64,000 nt of DNA, from NCBI GenBank assembly GCA_964057225.1, contig OZ059895.1, forward strand, positions 19,964,001-20,028,000, read 5' to 3'. Positions 41,600-55,807 of this stretch are shown here, one piece after another. The position numbers and the translations under genes are program-made. This DNA is from Auanema rhodensis (Eukaryota > Animalia > Nematoda). Position 1 is the stretch's first letter, and each line of letters starts with the position of its first letter. The notes below the pieces were generated by a model, which saw nothing but the letters and a program-made list of their open reading frames with translations, ran no database searches and was not told the DNA's origin.

Positions 41600-44500
41600 A
41601 TTTTTTCGTTGAATAACATTGTCCATCGTCTTTGCCTTGAAAAAAGGAATCTAAAAACATCTACTTTTTGCTAAATTATTTTGAAATTTTTCGAAAAAAT
41701 TTTTGTCAAAATGTTTTTGGAAGCAATGTTGAGTGTACATGGAAACTCAACATACACTAATGCATCATTTTTCAAACGATCATAACTAATTTCTGTATTG
41801 AGCTTTTCTCAATGTAGTATAGTGCATTCGATGCGGATTTTTAAGCTGCGTCGATCTGTGTTATCAGATTTGCGCTAGCTTAAAAATGCACCGAGATATC
41901 AACTGATATATGTTCACACTTATATCCTCGATTTTCACCCTGAAGAAATTATTTTTTCGTTGAATAACATTGTCCATCGTCTTTGCTTTGAAAAAAGGAA
42001 TCTAAAAACATCTACGTTTTGCTAAATTATTTTGAAATTTTTCGAAAAAATTTTTGTCAAAATGTTTTTGGAAGCAATGTTGAGTGTACATGGAAACTCA
42101 ACATACACTAATGCATCATTTTTCAAACGATCATAACTAATTTTTGTATTAAGCGTTTCTCAATGTAGTATAGTGCATTCGATGCGGATTTTTAAGCTGC
42201 GTCGATCTGTGTTATCAGATTTGCGCTAGCTTAAAAATGCACCGAGATATCAACTGATATAAGTTCACACTTAGATCCTCGATTTTCACCCTGAAGAATT
42301 AATTTTTTCGTTGAATAACAATGTCCATCGTCTTTGCCTTGAGAAAAGGAATCTAAAAACATCTACTTTTTGCTAAATTATTCTGAAATTTTTCGAAAAA
42401 ATTTTTGTCAAAATGTTTTTGGAAGCAATGTTGAGTGTACATGGAAACTCAACATACACTCATGCATCATTTTTCAAACGATCATAACTAATTTTTGTAT
42501 TAAGCGTTTCTCAATGTAGTATAGTGCATTCGATGCGGATTTTTAAGCTGCGTCGATCTGTGTTATCAGATTTGCGCTAGCTTAAAAATGCACCGAGATA
42601 TCAACTGATATAAGTTCACACTTATATCCTCGATTTTCACCCTGAAGAATTAATTTTTTCGTTGAATAACAATGTCCATCGTCTTTGCCTTGAGAAAAGG
42701 AATCTAAAAACATCTACTTTTTGCTAAATTATTCTGAAATTTTTCGAAAAAATTTTTGTCAAAATGTTTTTGGAAGCAATGTTGAGTGTACATGGAAACT
42801 CAACATACACTCATGCATCATTTTTCAAACGATCATAACTAATTTTTGTATTAAGCGTTTCTCAATGTAGTATAGTGCATTCGATGCGGATTTTTAAGCT
42901 GCGTCGATCTGTGTTATCAGATTTGCGCTAGCTTAAAAATGCACCGATATATCAACTGATATAAGTTCACACTTATATCCTCGATTTTCACCCTGAAGAA
43001 TTAATTTTTTCGTTGAATAACATTGTCCATCGTCTTTGCCTTGAAAAAAGGAATCTAAAAACATCTACTTTTTGCTAAATTATTTTGAAATTTTTCGAAA
43101 AAATTTTTGTCAAAATGTTTTTGGAAGCAATGTTGAGTGTACATGGAAACTCAACATACACTAATGCATCATTTTTCAAACGATCATAACTAATTTCTGT
43201 ATTGAGCTTTTCTCAATGTAGTATAGTGCATTCGATGCGGATTTTTAAGCTGCGTCGATCTGTGTTATCAGATTTGCGCTAGCTTAAAAATGCACCGAGA
43301 TATCAACTGATATATGTTCACACTTATATCCTCGATTTTCACCCTGAAGAAATTATTTTTTCGTTGAATAACATTGTCCATCGTCTTTGCTTTGAAAAAA
43401 GGAATCTAAAAACATCTACTTTTTGCTAAATTATTTTGAAATTTTTCGAAAAAATTTTTGTCAAAATGTTTTTGGAAGCAATGTTGAGTGTACATGGAAA
43501 CTCAACATACACTAATGCATCATTTTTCAAACGATCATAACTAATTTTTGTATTAAGCGTTTCTCAATGTAGTATAGTGCATTCGATGCAGATTTTTAAG
43601 CTGCGTCGATCTGTGTTATCAGATTTGCGCTAGCTTAAAAATGCACCGAGATATCAACTGATATAAGTTCACACTTATATCCTCGATTTTCACCCCGAAG
43701 AATTAATTTTTTCGTTAAATAACATTGTCCATCGTCTTTGCCTTGAAAAAAGGAATCTAAAAACATCTACTTTTTGCTAAATTATTTTGAAATTTTTCGA
43801 AAAAATTTTTGTCAAAATGTTTTTGGAAGCAATGTTGAGTGTACATGGAAACTCAACATACACTAATGCATCATTTTTCAAACGATCATAACTAATTTCT
43901 GTATTGAGCTTTTCTCAATGTAGTATAGTGCATTCGATGCGGATTTTTAAGCTGCGTCGATCTGTGTTATCAGATTTGCGCTAGCTTAAAAATGCACCGA
44001 GATATCAACTGATATATGTTCACACTTATATCCTCGATTTTCACCCTGAAGAAATTATTTTTTCGTTGAATAACATTGTCCATCGTCTTTGCTTTGAAAA
44101 AAGGAATCTAAAAACATCTACGTTTTGCTAAATTATGTTGAAATTTTTCGAAAAAATTTTTGTCAAAATGTTTTTGGAAGCAATGTTGAGTGTACATGGA
44201 AACTCAACATACACTAATGCATCATTTTTCAAACGATCATAACTAATTTCTGTATTGAGCTTTTCTCAATGTAGTATAGTGCATTCGATGCGGATTTTTA
44301 AGCTGCGTCGATCTGTGTTATCAGATTTGCGCTAGCTTAAAAATGCACCGAGATATCAACTGATATATGTTCACACTTATATCCTCGATTTTCACCCTGA
44401 AGAAATTATTTTTTCGTTGAATAACATTGTCCATCGTCTTTGCTTTGAAAAAAGGAATCTAAAAACATCTACTTTTTGCTAAATTATTTTGAAATTTTTC

Positions 44501-47500
44501 GAAAAAATTTTTGTCAAAATGTTTTTGGAAGCAATGTTGAGTGTACATGGAAACTCAACATACACTAATGCATCATTTTTCAAACGATCATAACTAATTT
44601 TTGTATTAAGCGTTTCTCAATGTAGTATAGTGCATTCGATGCGGATTTTTAAGCTGCGTCGATCTGTGTTATCAGATTTGCGCTAGCTTAAAAATGCACC
44701 GAGATATCAACTGATATAAGTTCACACTTATATCCTCGATTTTCACCCCGAAGAATTAATTTTTTCGTTAAATAACATTGTCCATCGTCTTTGCCTTGAA
44801 AAAAGGAATCTAAAAACATCTACTTTTTGCTAAATTATTTTGAAATTTTTCGAAAAAAATTTTGTCAAAATGTTTTTGGAAGCAATGTTGAGTGTACATG
44901 GAAACTCAACATACACTAATGCATCATTTTTCAACCGATCATAACTAATTTTTGTATCAAGCGTTTCTCAATGTAGTATAGTGCATTCGATGCGGATTTT
45001 CAAGCTGCGTCGATCTGTGTTATCAGATTTGCGCTAGCTTAAAAATGCACCGAGATATCAACTGATATATGTTCACACTTATATCCTCGATTTTCACCCT
45101 GAAGAAATAATTTTTTCGTTAAATAACATTGTCCATCGTCTTTGCCTTGAAAAAAGGAATCTAAAAACATCTACTTTTTGCTAAATTATTTTGAAATTTT
45201 TCGAAAAAAATTTTGTCAAAATGTTTTTGGAAGCAATGTTGAGTGTACATGGAAACTCAACATACACTAATGCATCATTTTTCAACCGATCATAACTAAT
45301 TTTTGTATCAAGCGTTTCTCAATGTAGTATAGTGCATTCGATGCGGATTTTCAAGCTGCGTCGATCTGTGTTATCAGATTTGCGCTAGCTTAAAAATGCA
45401 CCGAGATATCAACTGATATATGTTCACACTTATATCCTCGATTTTCACCCTGAAGAATTAATTTTTTCGTTGAATAACATTGTCCATCGTCTTTGCCTTG
45501 AAAAAAGGAATCTAAAAACATCTACTTTTTGCTAAATTATTTTGAAATTTTTCGAAAAAATTTTTGTCAAAATGTTTTTGGAAGCAATGTTGAGTGTACA
45601 TGGAAACTCAACATACACTAATGCATCATTTTTCAAACGATCATAACTAATTTCTGTATTGAGCTTTTCTCAATGTAGTATAGTGCATTCGATGCGGATT
45701 TTTAAGCTGCGTCGATCTGTGTTATCAGATTTGCGCTAGCTTAAAAATGCACCGAGATATCAACTGATATATGTTCACACTTATATCCTTGATTTTCACC
45801 CTGAAGAAATTATTTTTTCGTTGAATAACATTGTCCATCGTCTTTGCTTTGAAAAAAGGAATCTAAAAACATCTACGTTTTGCTAAATTATTTTGAAATT
45901 TTTCGAAAAAATTTTTGTCAAAATGTTTTTGGAAGCAATGTTGAGTGTACATGGAAACTCAACATACACTAATGCATCATTTTTCAAACGATCATAACTA
46001 ATTTTTGTATTAAGCGTTTCTCAATGTAGTATAGTGCATTCGATGCGGATTTTTAAGCTGCGTCGATCTGTGTTATCAGATTTGCGCTAGCTTAAAAATG
46101 CACCGAGATATCAACTGATATAAGTTCACACTTAGATCCTCGATTTTCACCCTGAAGAATTAATTTTTTCGTTGAATAACAATGTCCATCGTCTTTGCCT
46201 TGAGAAAAGGAATCTAAAAACATCTACTTTTTGCTAAATTATTCTGAAATTTTTCGAAAAAATTTTTGTCAAAATGTTTTTGGAAGCAATGTTGAGTGTA
46301 CATGGAAACTCAACATACACTCATGCATCATTTTTCAAACGATCATAACTAATTTTTGTATTAAGCGTTTCTCAATGTAGTATAGTGCATTCGATGCGGA
46401 TTTTTAAGCTGCGTCGATCTGTGTTATCAGATTTGCGCTAGCTTAAAAATGCACCGAGATATCAACTGATATAAGTTCACACTTATATCCTCGATTTTCA
46501 CCCTGAAGAATTAATTTTTTCGTTGAATAACAATGTCCATCGTCTTTGCCTTGAGAAAAGGAATCTAAAAACATCTACTTTTTGCTAAATTATTCTGAAA
46601 TTTTTCGAAAAAATTTTTGTCAAAATGTTTTTGGAAGCAATGTTGAGTGTACATGGAAACTCAACATACACTCATGCATCATTTTTCAAACGATCATAAC
46701 TAATTTTTGTATTAAGCGTTTCTCAATGTAGTATAGTGCATTCGATGCGGATTTTTAAGCTGCGTCGATCTGTGTTATCAGATTTGCGCTAGCTTAAAAA
46801 TGCACCGATATATCAACTGATATAAGTTCACACTTATATCCTCGATTTTCACCCTGAAGAATTAATTTTTTCGTTGAATAACATTGTCCATCGTCTTTGC
46901 CTTGAAAAAAGGAATCTAAAAACATCTACTTTTTGCTAAATTATTTTGAAATTTTTCGAAAAAATTTTTGTCAAAATGTTTTTGGAAGCAATGTTGAGTG
47001 TACATGGAAACTCAACATACACTAATGCATCATTTTTCAAACGATCATAACTAATTTCTGTATTGAGCTTTTCTCAATGTAGTATAGTGCATTCGATGCG
47101 GATTTTTAAGCTGCGTCGATCTGTGTTATCAGATTTGCGCTAGCTTAAAAATGCACCGAGATATCAACTGATATATGTTCACACTTATATCCTCGATTTT
47201 CACCCTGAAGAAATTATTTTTTCGTTGAATAACATTGTCCATCGTCTTTGCTTTGAAAAAAGGAATCTAAAAACATCTACTTTTTGCTAAATTATTTTGA
47301 AATTTTTCGAAAAAATTTTTGTCAAAATGTTTTTGGAAGCAATGTTGAGTGTACATGGAAACTCAACATACACTAATGCATCATTTTTCAAACGATCATA
47401 ACTAATTTTTGTATTAAGCGTTTCTCAATGTAGTATAGTGCATTCGATGCAGATTTTTAAGCTGCGTCGATCTGTGTTATCAGATTTGCGCTAGCTTAAA

Positions 47501-49320
47501 AATGCACCGAGATATCAACTGATATAAGTTCACACTTATATCCTCGATTTTCACCCCGAAGAATTAATTTTTTCGTTAAATAACATTGTCCATCGTCTTT
47601 GCCTTGAAAAAAGGAATCTAAAAACATCTACTTTTTGCTAAATTATTTTGAAATTTTTCGAAAAAATTTTTGTCAAAATGTTTTTGGAAGCAATGTTGAG
47701 TGTACATGGAAACTCAACATACACTAATGCATCATTTTTCAAACGATCATAACTAATTTCTGTATTGAGCTTTTCTCAATGTAGTATAGTGCATTCGATG
47801 CGGATTTTTAAGCTGCGTCGATCTGTGTTATCAGATTTGCGCTAGCTTAAAAATGCACCGAGATATCAACTGATATATGTTCACACTTATATCCTCGATT
47901 TTCACCCTGAAGAAATTATTTTTTCGTTGAATAACATTGTCCATCGTCTTTGCTTTGAAAAAAGGAATCTAAAAACATCTACGTTTTGCTAAATTATTTT
48001 GAAATTTTTCGAAAAAATTTTTGTCAAAATGTTTTTGGAAGCAATGTTGAGTGTACATGGAAACTCAACATACACTAATGCATCATTTTTCAAACGATCA
48101 TAACTAATTTCTGTATTGAGCTTTTCTCAATGTAGTATAGTGCATTCGATGCGGATTTTTAAGCTGCGTCGATCTGTGTTATCAGATTTGCGCTAGCTTA
48201 AAAATGCACCGAGATATCAACTGATATATGTTCACACTTATATCCTCGATTTTCACCCTGAAGAAATTATTTTTTCGTTGAATAACATTGTCCATCGTCT
48301 TTGCTTTGAAAAAAGGAATCTAAAAACATCTTCTTTTTGCTAAATTATTTTGAAATTTTTCGAAAAAATTTTTGTCAAAATGTTTTTGGAAGCAATGTTG
48401 AGTGTACATGGAAACTCAACATACACTAATGCATCATTTTTCAAACGATCATAACTAATTTTTGTATTAAGCGTTTCTCAATGTAGTATAGTGCATTCGA
48501 TGCGGATTTTTAAGCTGCGTCGATCTGTGTTATCAGATTTGCGCTAGCTTAAAAATGCACCGAGATATCAACTGATATAAGTTCACACTTATATCCTCGA
48601 TTTTCACCCCGAAGAATTAATTTTTTCGTTAAATAACATTGTCCATCGTCTTTGCCTTGAAAAAAGGAATCTAAAAACATCTACTTTTTGCTAAATTATT
48701 TTGAAATTTTTCGAAAAAAATTTTGTCAAAATGTTTTTGGAAGCAATGTTGAGTGTACATGGAAACTCAACATACACTAATGCATCATTTTTCAACCGAT
48801 CATAACTAATTTTTGTATCAAGCGTTTCTCAATGTAGTATAGTGCATTCGATGCGGATTTTCAAGCTGCGTCGATCTGTGTTATCAGATTTGCGCTAGCT
48901 TAAAAATGCACCGAGATATCAACTGATATATGTTCACACTTATATCCTCGATTTTCACCCTGAAGAAATAATTTTTTCGTTAAATAACATTGTCCATCGT
49001 CTTTGCCTTGAAAAAAGGAATCTAAAAACATCTACTTTTTGCTAAATTATTTTGAAATTTTTCGAAAAAAATTTTGTCAAAATGTTTTTGGAAGCAATGT
49101 TGAGTGTACATGGAAACTCAACATACACTAATGCATCATTTTTCAACCGATCATAACTAATTTTTGTATCAAGCGTTTCTCAATGTAGTATAGTGCATTC
49201 GATGCGGATTTTCAAGCTGCGTCGATCTGTGTTATCAGATTTGCGCTAGCTTAAAAATGCACCGAGATATCAACTGATATATGTTCACACTTATATCCTC
49301 GATTTTCACCCTGAAGAAAT
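41600..49320. repeat. 11-monomer (3861-bp) tandem duplication
   Basis: Markers 3861 bp apart: 'tacgtttt' 42016/45877, 'caccgatat' 42948/46809, 'gatgcagat' 43590/47451, 'gaaataatt' 45107/48968. Subtype order is the same in both copies. Confidence 0.9.
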
Positions 49321-51244
49321 TATTTTTTCGTTGAATAACATTGTCCATCGTCTTTGCTTTGAAAAAAGGAATCTAAAAACATCTACTTTTTGCTAAATTA
49401 TTTTGAAATTTTTCGAAAAAATTTTTGTCAAAATGTTTTTGGAAGCAATGTTGAGTGTACATGGAAACTCAACATACACTAATGCATCATTTTTCAAACG
49501 ATCATAACTAATTTTTGTATTAAGCGTTTCTCAATGTAGTATAGTGCATTCGATGCGGATTTTTAAGCTGCGTCGATCTGTGTTATCAGATTTGCGCTAG
49601 CTTAAAAATGCACCGAGATATCAACTGATATAAGTTCACACTTAGATCCTCGATTTTCACCCTGAAGAATTAATTTTTTCGTTGAATAACAATGTCCATC
49701 GTCTTTGCCTTGAGAAAAGGAATCTAAAAACATCTACTTTTTGCTAAATTATTCTGAAATTTTTCGAAAAAATTTTTGTCAAAATGTTTTTGGAAGCAAT
49801 GTTGAGTGTACATGGAAACTCAACATACACTAATGCATCATTTTTCAAACGATCATAACTAATTTTTGTATTAAGCGTTTCTCAATGTAGTATAGTGCAT
49901 TCGATGCGGATTTTTAAGCTGCGTCGATCTGTGTTATCAGATTTGCGCTAGCTTAAAAATGCACCGAGATATCAACTGATATATGTTCACACTTATATCC
50001 TCGATTTTCACCCTGAAGAAATTATTTTTTCGTTGAATAACATTGTCCATCGTCTTTGCTTTGAAAAAAGGAATCTAAAAACATCTACTTTTTGCTAAAT
50101 TATTTTGAAATTTTTCGAAACAATTTTTGTCAAAATGTTTTTGGAAGCAATGTTGAGTGTACATGGAAACTCAACATACACTAATGCATCATTTTTCAAC
50201 CGATCATAACTAATTTTTGTATCAAGCGTTTCTCAATGTAGTATAGTGCATTCGATGCGGATTTTCAAGCTGCGTCGATCTGTGTTATCAGATTTGCGCT
50301 AGCTTAAAAATGCACCGAGATATCAACTGATATATGTTCACACTTATATCCTCGATTTTCACCCTGAAGAAATTATTTTTTCGTTGAATAACATTGTCCA
50401 TCGTCTTTGCTTTGAAAAAAGGAATCTAAAAACATCTACTTTTTGCTAAATTATTTTGAAATTTTTCGAAAAAATTTTTGTCAAAATGTTTTTGGAACCA
50501 ATGTTGAGTGTACATGGAAACTCAACATACACTAATGCATCATTTTTCAAACGATCATAACTAATTTTTGTATTAAGCGTTTCTCAATGTAGTATAGTGC
50601 ATTCGATGCGGATTTTTAAGCTGCGTCGATCTGTGTTATCAGATTTGCGCTAGCTTAAAAATGCACCGAGATATCAACTGATATAAGTTCACACTTAGAT
50701 CCTCGATTTTCACCCTGAAGAATTAATTTTTTCGTTGAATAACAATGTCCATCGTCTTTGCCTTGAGAAAAGGAATCTAAAAACATCTACTTTTTGCTAA
50801 ATTATTCTGAAATTTTTCGAAAAAATTTTTGTCAAAATGTTTTTGGAAGCAATGTTGAGTGTACATGGAAACTCAACATACACTAATGCATCATTTTTCA
50901 AACGATCATAACTAATTTTTGTATTAAGCGTTTCTCAATGTAGTATAGTGCATTCGATGCGGATTTTTAAGCTGCGTCGATCTGTGTTATCAGATTTGCG
51001 CTAGCTTAAAAATGCACCGAGATATCAACTGATATAAGTTCACACTTATATCCTCGATTTTCACCCTGAAGAATTAATTTTTTCGTTTAATAGCATTGTC
51101 CATCGTCTTTGCCTTGAAAAAAGGAATCTAAAAACATCTACTTTTTGCTAAATTATTTTGAAATTTTTCGAAAAAATTTTTGTCAAAATGTTTTTGGAAG
51201 CAATGTTGAGTGTACATGGAAACTCAACATACACTAATGCATCA

Positions 51245-52648
51245 TTTTTCAACCGATCATAACTAATTTTTGTATCAAGCGTTTCTCAATGTAGTATAGT
51301 GCATTCGATGCGGATTTTTAAGCTGCGTCGATCTGTGTTATCAGATTTGCGCTAGCTTAAAAATGCACCGAGATATCAACTGATATAAGTTCACACTTAT
51401 ATCCTCGATTTTCACCCTGAAGAATTAATTTTTTCGTTCAATAGCATTGTCCATCGTCTTTGCCTTGAAAAAAGGAATCTAAAAACATCTACTTTTTGCT
51501 AAATTATTTTGAAATTTTTCGAAAAAATTTTTGTCAAAATGTTTTTGGAAGCAATGTTGAGTGTACATGGAAACTCAACATACACTAATGCATCATTTTT
51601 CAAACGATCATAACTAATTTCTGTATTGAGCTTTTCTCAATGTAGTATAGTGCATTCGATGCGGATTTTTAAGCTGCGTCGATCTGTGTTATCAGATTTG
51701 CGCTAGCTTAAAAATGCACCGAGATATCAACTGATATATGTTCACACTTATATCCTCGATTTTCACCCTGAAGAAATTATTTTTTCGTTGAATAACATTG
51801 TCCATCGTCTTTGCTTTGAAAAAAGGAATCTAAAAACATTTACTTTTTGCTAAATTATTTTGAAATTTTTCGAAAAAATTTTTGTCAAAATGTTTTTGGA
51901 AGCAATGTTGAGTGTACATGGAAACTCAACATACACTAATGCATCATTTTTCAACCGATCATAACTAATTTTTGTATCAAGCGTTTCTCAATGTAGTATA
52001 GTGCATTCGATGCGGATTTTTAAGCTGCGTCGATCTGTGTTATCAGATTTGCGCTAGCTTAAAAATGCACCGAGATATCAACTGATATAAGTTCACACTT
52101 ATATCCTCGATTTTCACCCTGAAGAATTAATTTTTTCGTTCAATAGCATTGTCCATCGTCTTTGCCTTGAAAAAAGGAATCTAAAAACATCTACTTTTTG
52201 CTAAATTATTTTGAAATTTTTCGAAAAAATTTTTGTCAAAATGTTTTTGGAAGCAATGTTGAGTGTACATGGAAACTCAACATACACTAATGCATCATTT
52301 TTCAAACGATCATAACTAATTTCTGTATTGAGCTTTTCTCAATGTAGTATAGTGCATTCGATGCGGATTTTTAAGCTGCGTCGATCTGTGTTATCAGATT
52401 TGCGCTAGCTTAAAAATGCACCGAGATATCAACTGATATATGTTCACACTTATATCCTCGATTTTCACCCTGAAGAAATTATTTTTTCGTTGAATAACAT
52501 TGTCCATCGTCTTTGCTTTGAAAAAAGGAATCTAAAAACATTTACTTTTTGCTAAATTATTTTGAAATTTTTCGAAAAAATTTTTGTCAAAATGTTTTTG
52601 GAAGCAATGTTGAGTGTACATGGAAACTCAACATACACTAATGCATCA
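51245..52648. repeat. 2-monomer (702-bp) tandem duplication
   Basis: 'cgttcaatagc' 51439/52141 and 'acatttact' 51840/52542. Confidence 0.87.
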
Positions 52649-55600
52649 TTTTTCAACCGATCATAACTAATTTTTGTATCAAGCGTTTCTCAATGTAGTA
52701 TAGTGCATTCGATGCGGATTTTCAAGCTGCGTCGATCTGTGTTATCAGATTTGCGCTAGCTTAAAAATGCACCGAGATATCAACTGATATATGTTCACAC
52801 TTATATCCTCGATTTTCACCCTGAAGAAATTATTTTTTCGTTGAATAACATTGTCCATCGTCTTTGCTTTGAAAAAAGGAATCTAAAAACATCTACTTTT
52901 TGCTAAATTATTTTGAAATTTTTCGAAAAAATTTTTGTCAAAATGTTTTTGGAAGCAATGTTGAGTGTACATGGAAACTCAACATACACTAATGCATCAT
53001 TTTTCAAACGATCATAACTAATTTTTGTATTAAGCGTTTCTCAATGTTGTATAGTGCATTCGATGCGGATTTTTAAGCTGCGTCGATCTGTGTTATCAGA
53101 TTTGCGCTAGCTTAAAAATGCACCGAGATATCAACTGATATAAGTTCACACTTAGATCCTCGATTTTCACCCTGAAGAATTAATTTTTTCGTTGAATAAC
53201 AATGTCCATCGTCTTTGCCTTGAGAAAAGGAATCTAAAAACATCTACTTTTTGCTAAATTATTCTGAAATTTTTCGAAAAAATTTTTGTCAAAATGTTTT
53301 TGGAAGCAATGTTGAGTGTACATGGAAACTCAACATACACTAATGCATCATTTTTCAAACGATCATAACTAATTTTTGTATTGAGCGTTTCTCAATGTAG
53401 TATAGTGCATTCGATGCGGATTTTTAAGCTGCGTCGATCTGTGTTATCAGATTTGCGCTAGCTTAAAAATGCACCGAGATATCAACTGATATAAGTTCAC
53501 ACTTATATCCTCGATTTTCACCCTGAAGAATTAATTTTTTCGTTGAATAGCATTGTCCATCGTCTTTGCCTTGAAAAAAGGAATCTAAAAACATCTACTT
53601 TTTGCTAAATTATTTTGAAATTTTTCGAAAAAATTTTTGTCAAAATGTTTTTGGAAGCAATGTTGAGTGTACATGGAAACTCAACATACACTAATGCATC
53701 ATTTTTCAAACGATCATAACTAATTTCTGTATTGAGCTTTTCTCAATGTAGTATAGTGCATTCGATGCGGATTTTTAAGCTGCGTCGATCTGTGTTATCA
53801 GATTTGCGCTAGCTTAAAAATGCACCGAGATATCAACTGATATATGTTCACACTTATATCCTCGATTTTCACCCTGAAGAAATTATTTTTTCGTTGAATA
53901 ACATTGTCCATCGTCTTTGCTTTGAAAAAAGGAATCTAAAAACATCTACTTTTTGCTAAATTATTTTGAAATCTTTCGAAAAAATTTTTGTCAAAATGTT
54001 TTTGGAAGCAATGTTGAGTGTACATGGAAACTCAACATACACTAATGCATCATTTTTCAAACGATCATAACTAATTTTTGTATTAAGCGTTTCTCAATGT
54101 AGTATAGTGCATTCGATGCGGATTTTTAAGCTGCGTCGATCTGTGTTATCAGATTTGCGCTAGCTTAAAAATGCACCGAGATATCAACTGATATAAGTTC
54201 ACACTTATATCCTCGATTTTCACCCCGAAGAATTAATTTTTTCGTTAAATAACATTGTCCATCGTCTTTGCCTTGAAAAAAGGAATCTAAAAACATCTAC
54301 TTTTTGCTAAATTATTTTGAAATTTTTCGAAAAAAATTTTGTCAAAATGTTTTTGGAAGCAATGTTGAGTGTACATGGAAACTCAACATACACTAATGCA
54401 TCATTTTTCAACCGATCATAACTAATTTTTGTATCAAGCGTTTCTCAATGTAGTATAGTGCATTCGATGCGGATTTTCAAGCTGCGTCGATCTGTGTTAT
54501 CAGATTTGCGCTAGCTTAAAAATGCACCGAGATATCAACTGATATAAGTTCACACTTATATCCTCGATTTTCACCCTGAAGAATTAATTTTTTCGTTGAA
54601 TAGCATTGTCCATCGTCTTTGCCTTGAAAAAAGGAATCTAAAAACATCTACTTTTTGCTAAATTATTTTGAAATTTTTCGAAAAAATTTTTGTCAAAATG
54701 TTTTTGGAAGCAATGTTGAGTGTACATGGAAACTCAACATACACTAATGCATCATTTTTCAAACGATCATAACTAATTTCTGTATTGAGCTTTTCTCAAT
54801 GTAGTATAGTGCATTCGATGCGGATTTTTAAGCTGCGTCGATCTGTGTTATCAGATTTGCGCTAGCTTAAAAATGCACCGAGATATCAACTGATATAAGT
54901 TCACACTTATATCCTCGATTTTCACCCCGAAGAATTAATTTTTTCGTTAAATAACATTGTCCATCGTCTTTGCCTTGAAAAAAGGAATCTAAAAACATCT
55001 ACTTTTTGCTAAATTATTTTGAAATTTTTCGAAAAAAATTTTGTCAAAATGTTTTTGGAAGCAATGTTGAGTGTACATGGAAACTCAACATACACTAATG
55101 CATCATTTTTCAACCGATCATAACTAATTTTTGTATCAAGCGTTTCTCAATGTAGTATAGTGCATTCGATGCGGATTTTCAAGCTGCGTCGATCTGTGTT
55201 ATCAGATTTGCGCTAGCTTAAAAATGCACCGAGATATCAACTGATATAAGTTCACACTTATATCCTCGATTTTCACCCTGAAGAATTAATTTTTTCGTTG
55301 AATAGCATTGTCCATCGTCTTTGCCTTGAAAAAAGGAATCTAAAAACATCTACTTTTTGCTAAATTATTTTGAAATTTTTCGAAAAAATTTTTGTCAAAA
55401 TGTTTTTGGAAGCAATGTTGAGTGTACATGGAAACTCAACATACACTAATGCATCATTTTTCAAACGATCATAACTAATTTCTGTATTGAGCTTTTCTCA
55501 ATGTAGTATAGTGCATTCGATGCGGATTTTTAAGCTGCGTCGATCTGTGTTATCAGATTTGCGCTAGCTTAAAACTGCACCGAGATATCAACTGATATAA

Positions 55601-55807
55601 GTTCACACTTATATCCTCGATTTTCACCCCGAAGAATTAATTTTTTCGTTAAATAACATTGTCCATCGTCTTTGCCTTGAAAAAAGGAATCTAAAAACAT
55701 CTACTTTTTGCTAAATTATTTTGAAATTTTTCGAAAAAAATTTTGTCAAAATGTTTTTGGAAGCAATGTTGAGTGTACATGGAAACTCAACATACACTAA
55801 TGCATCA

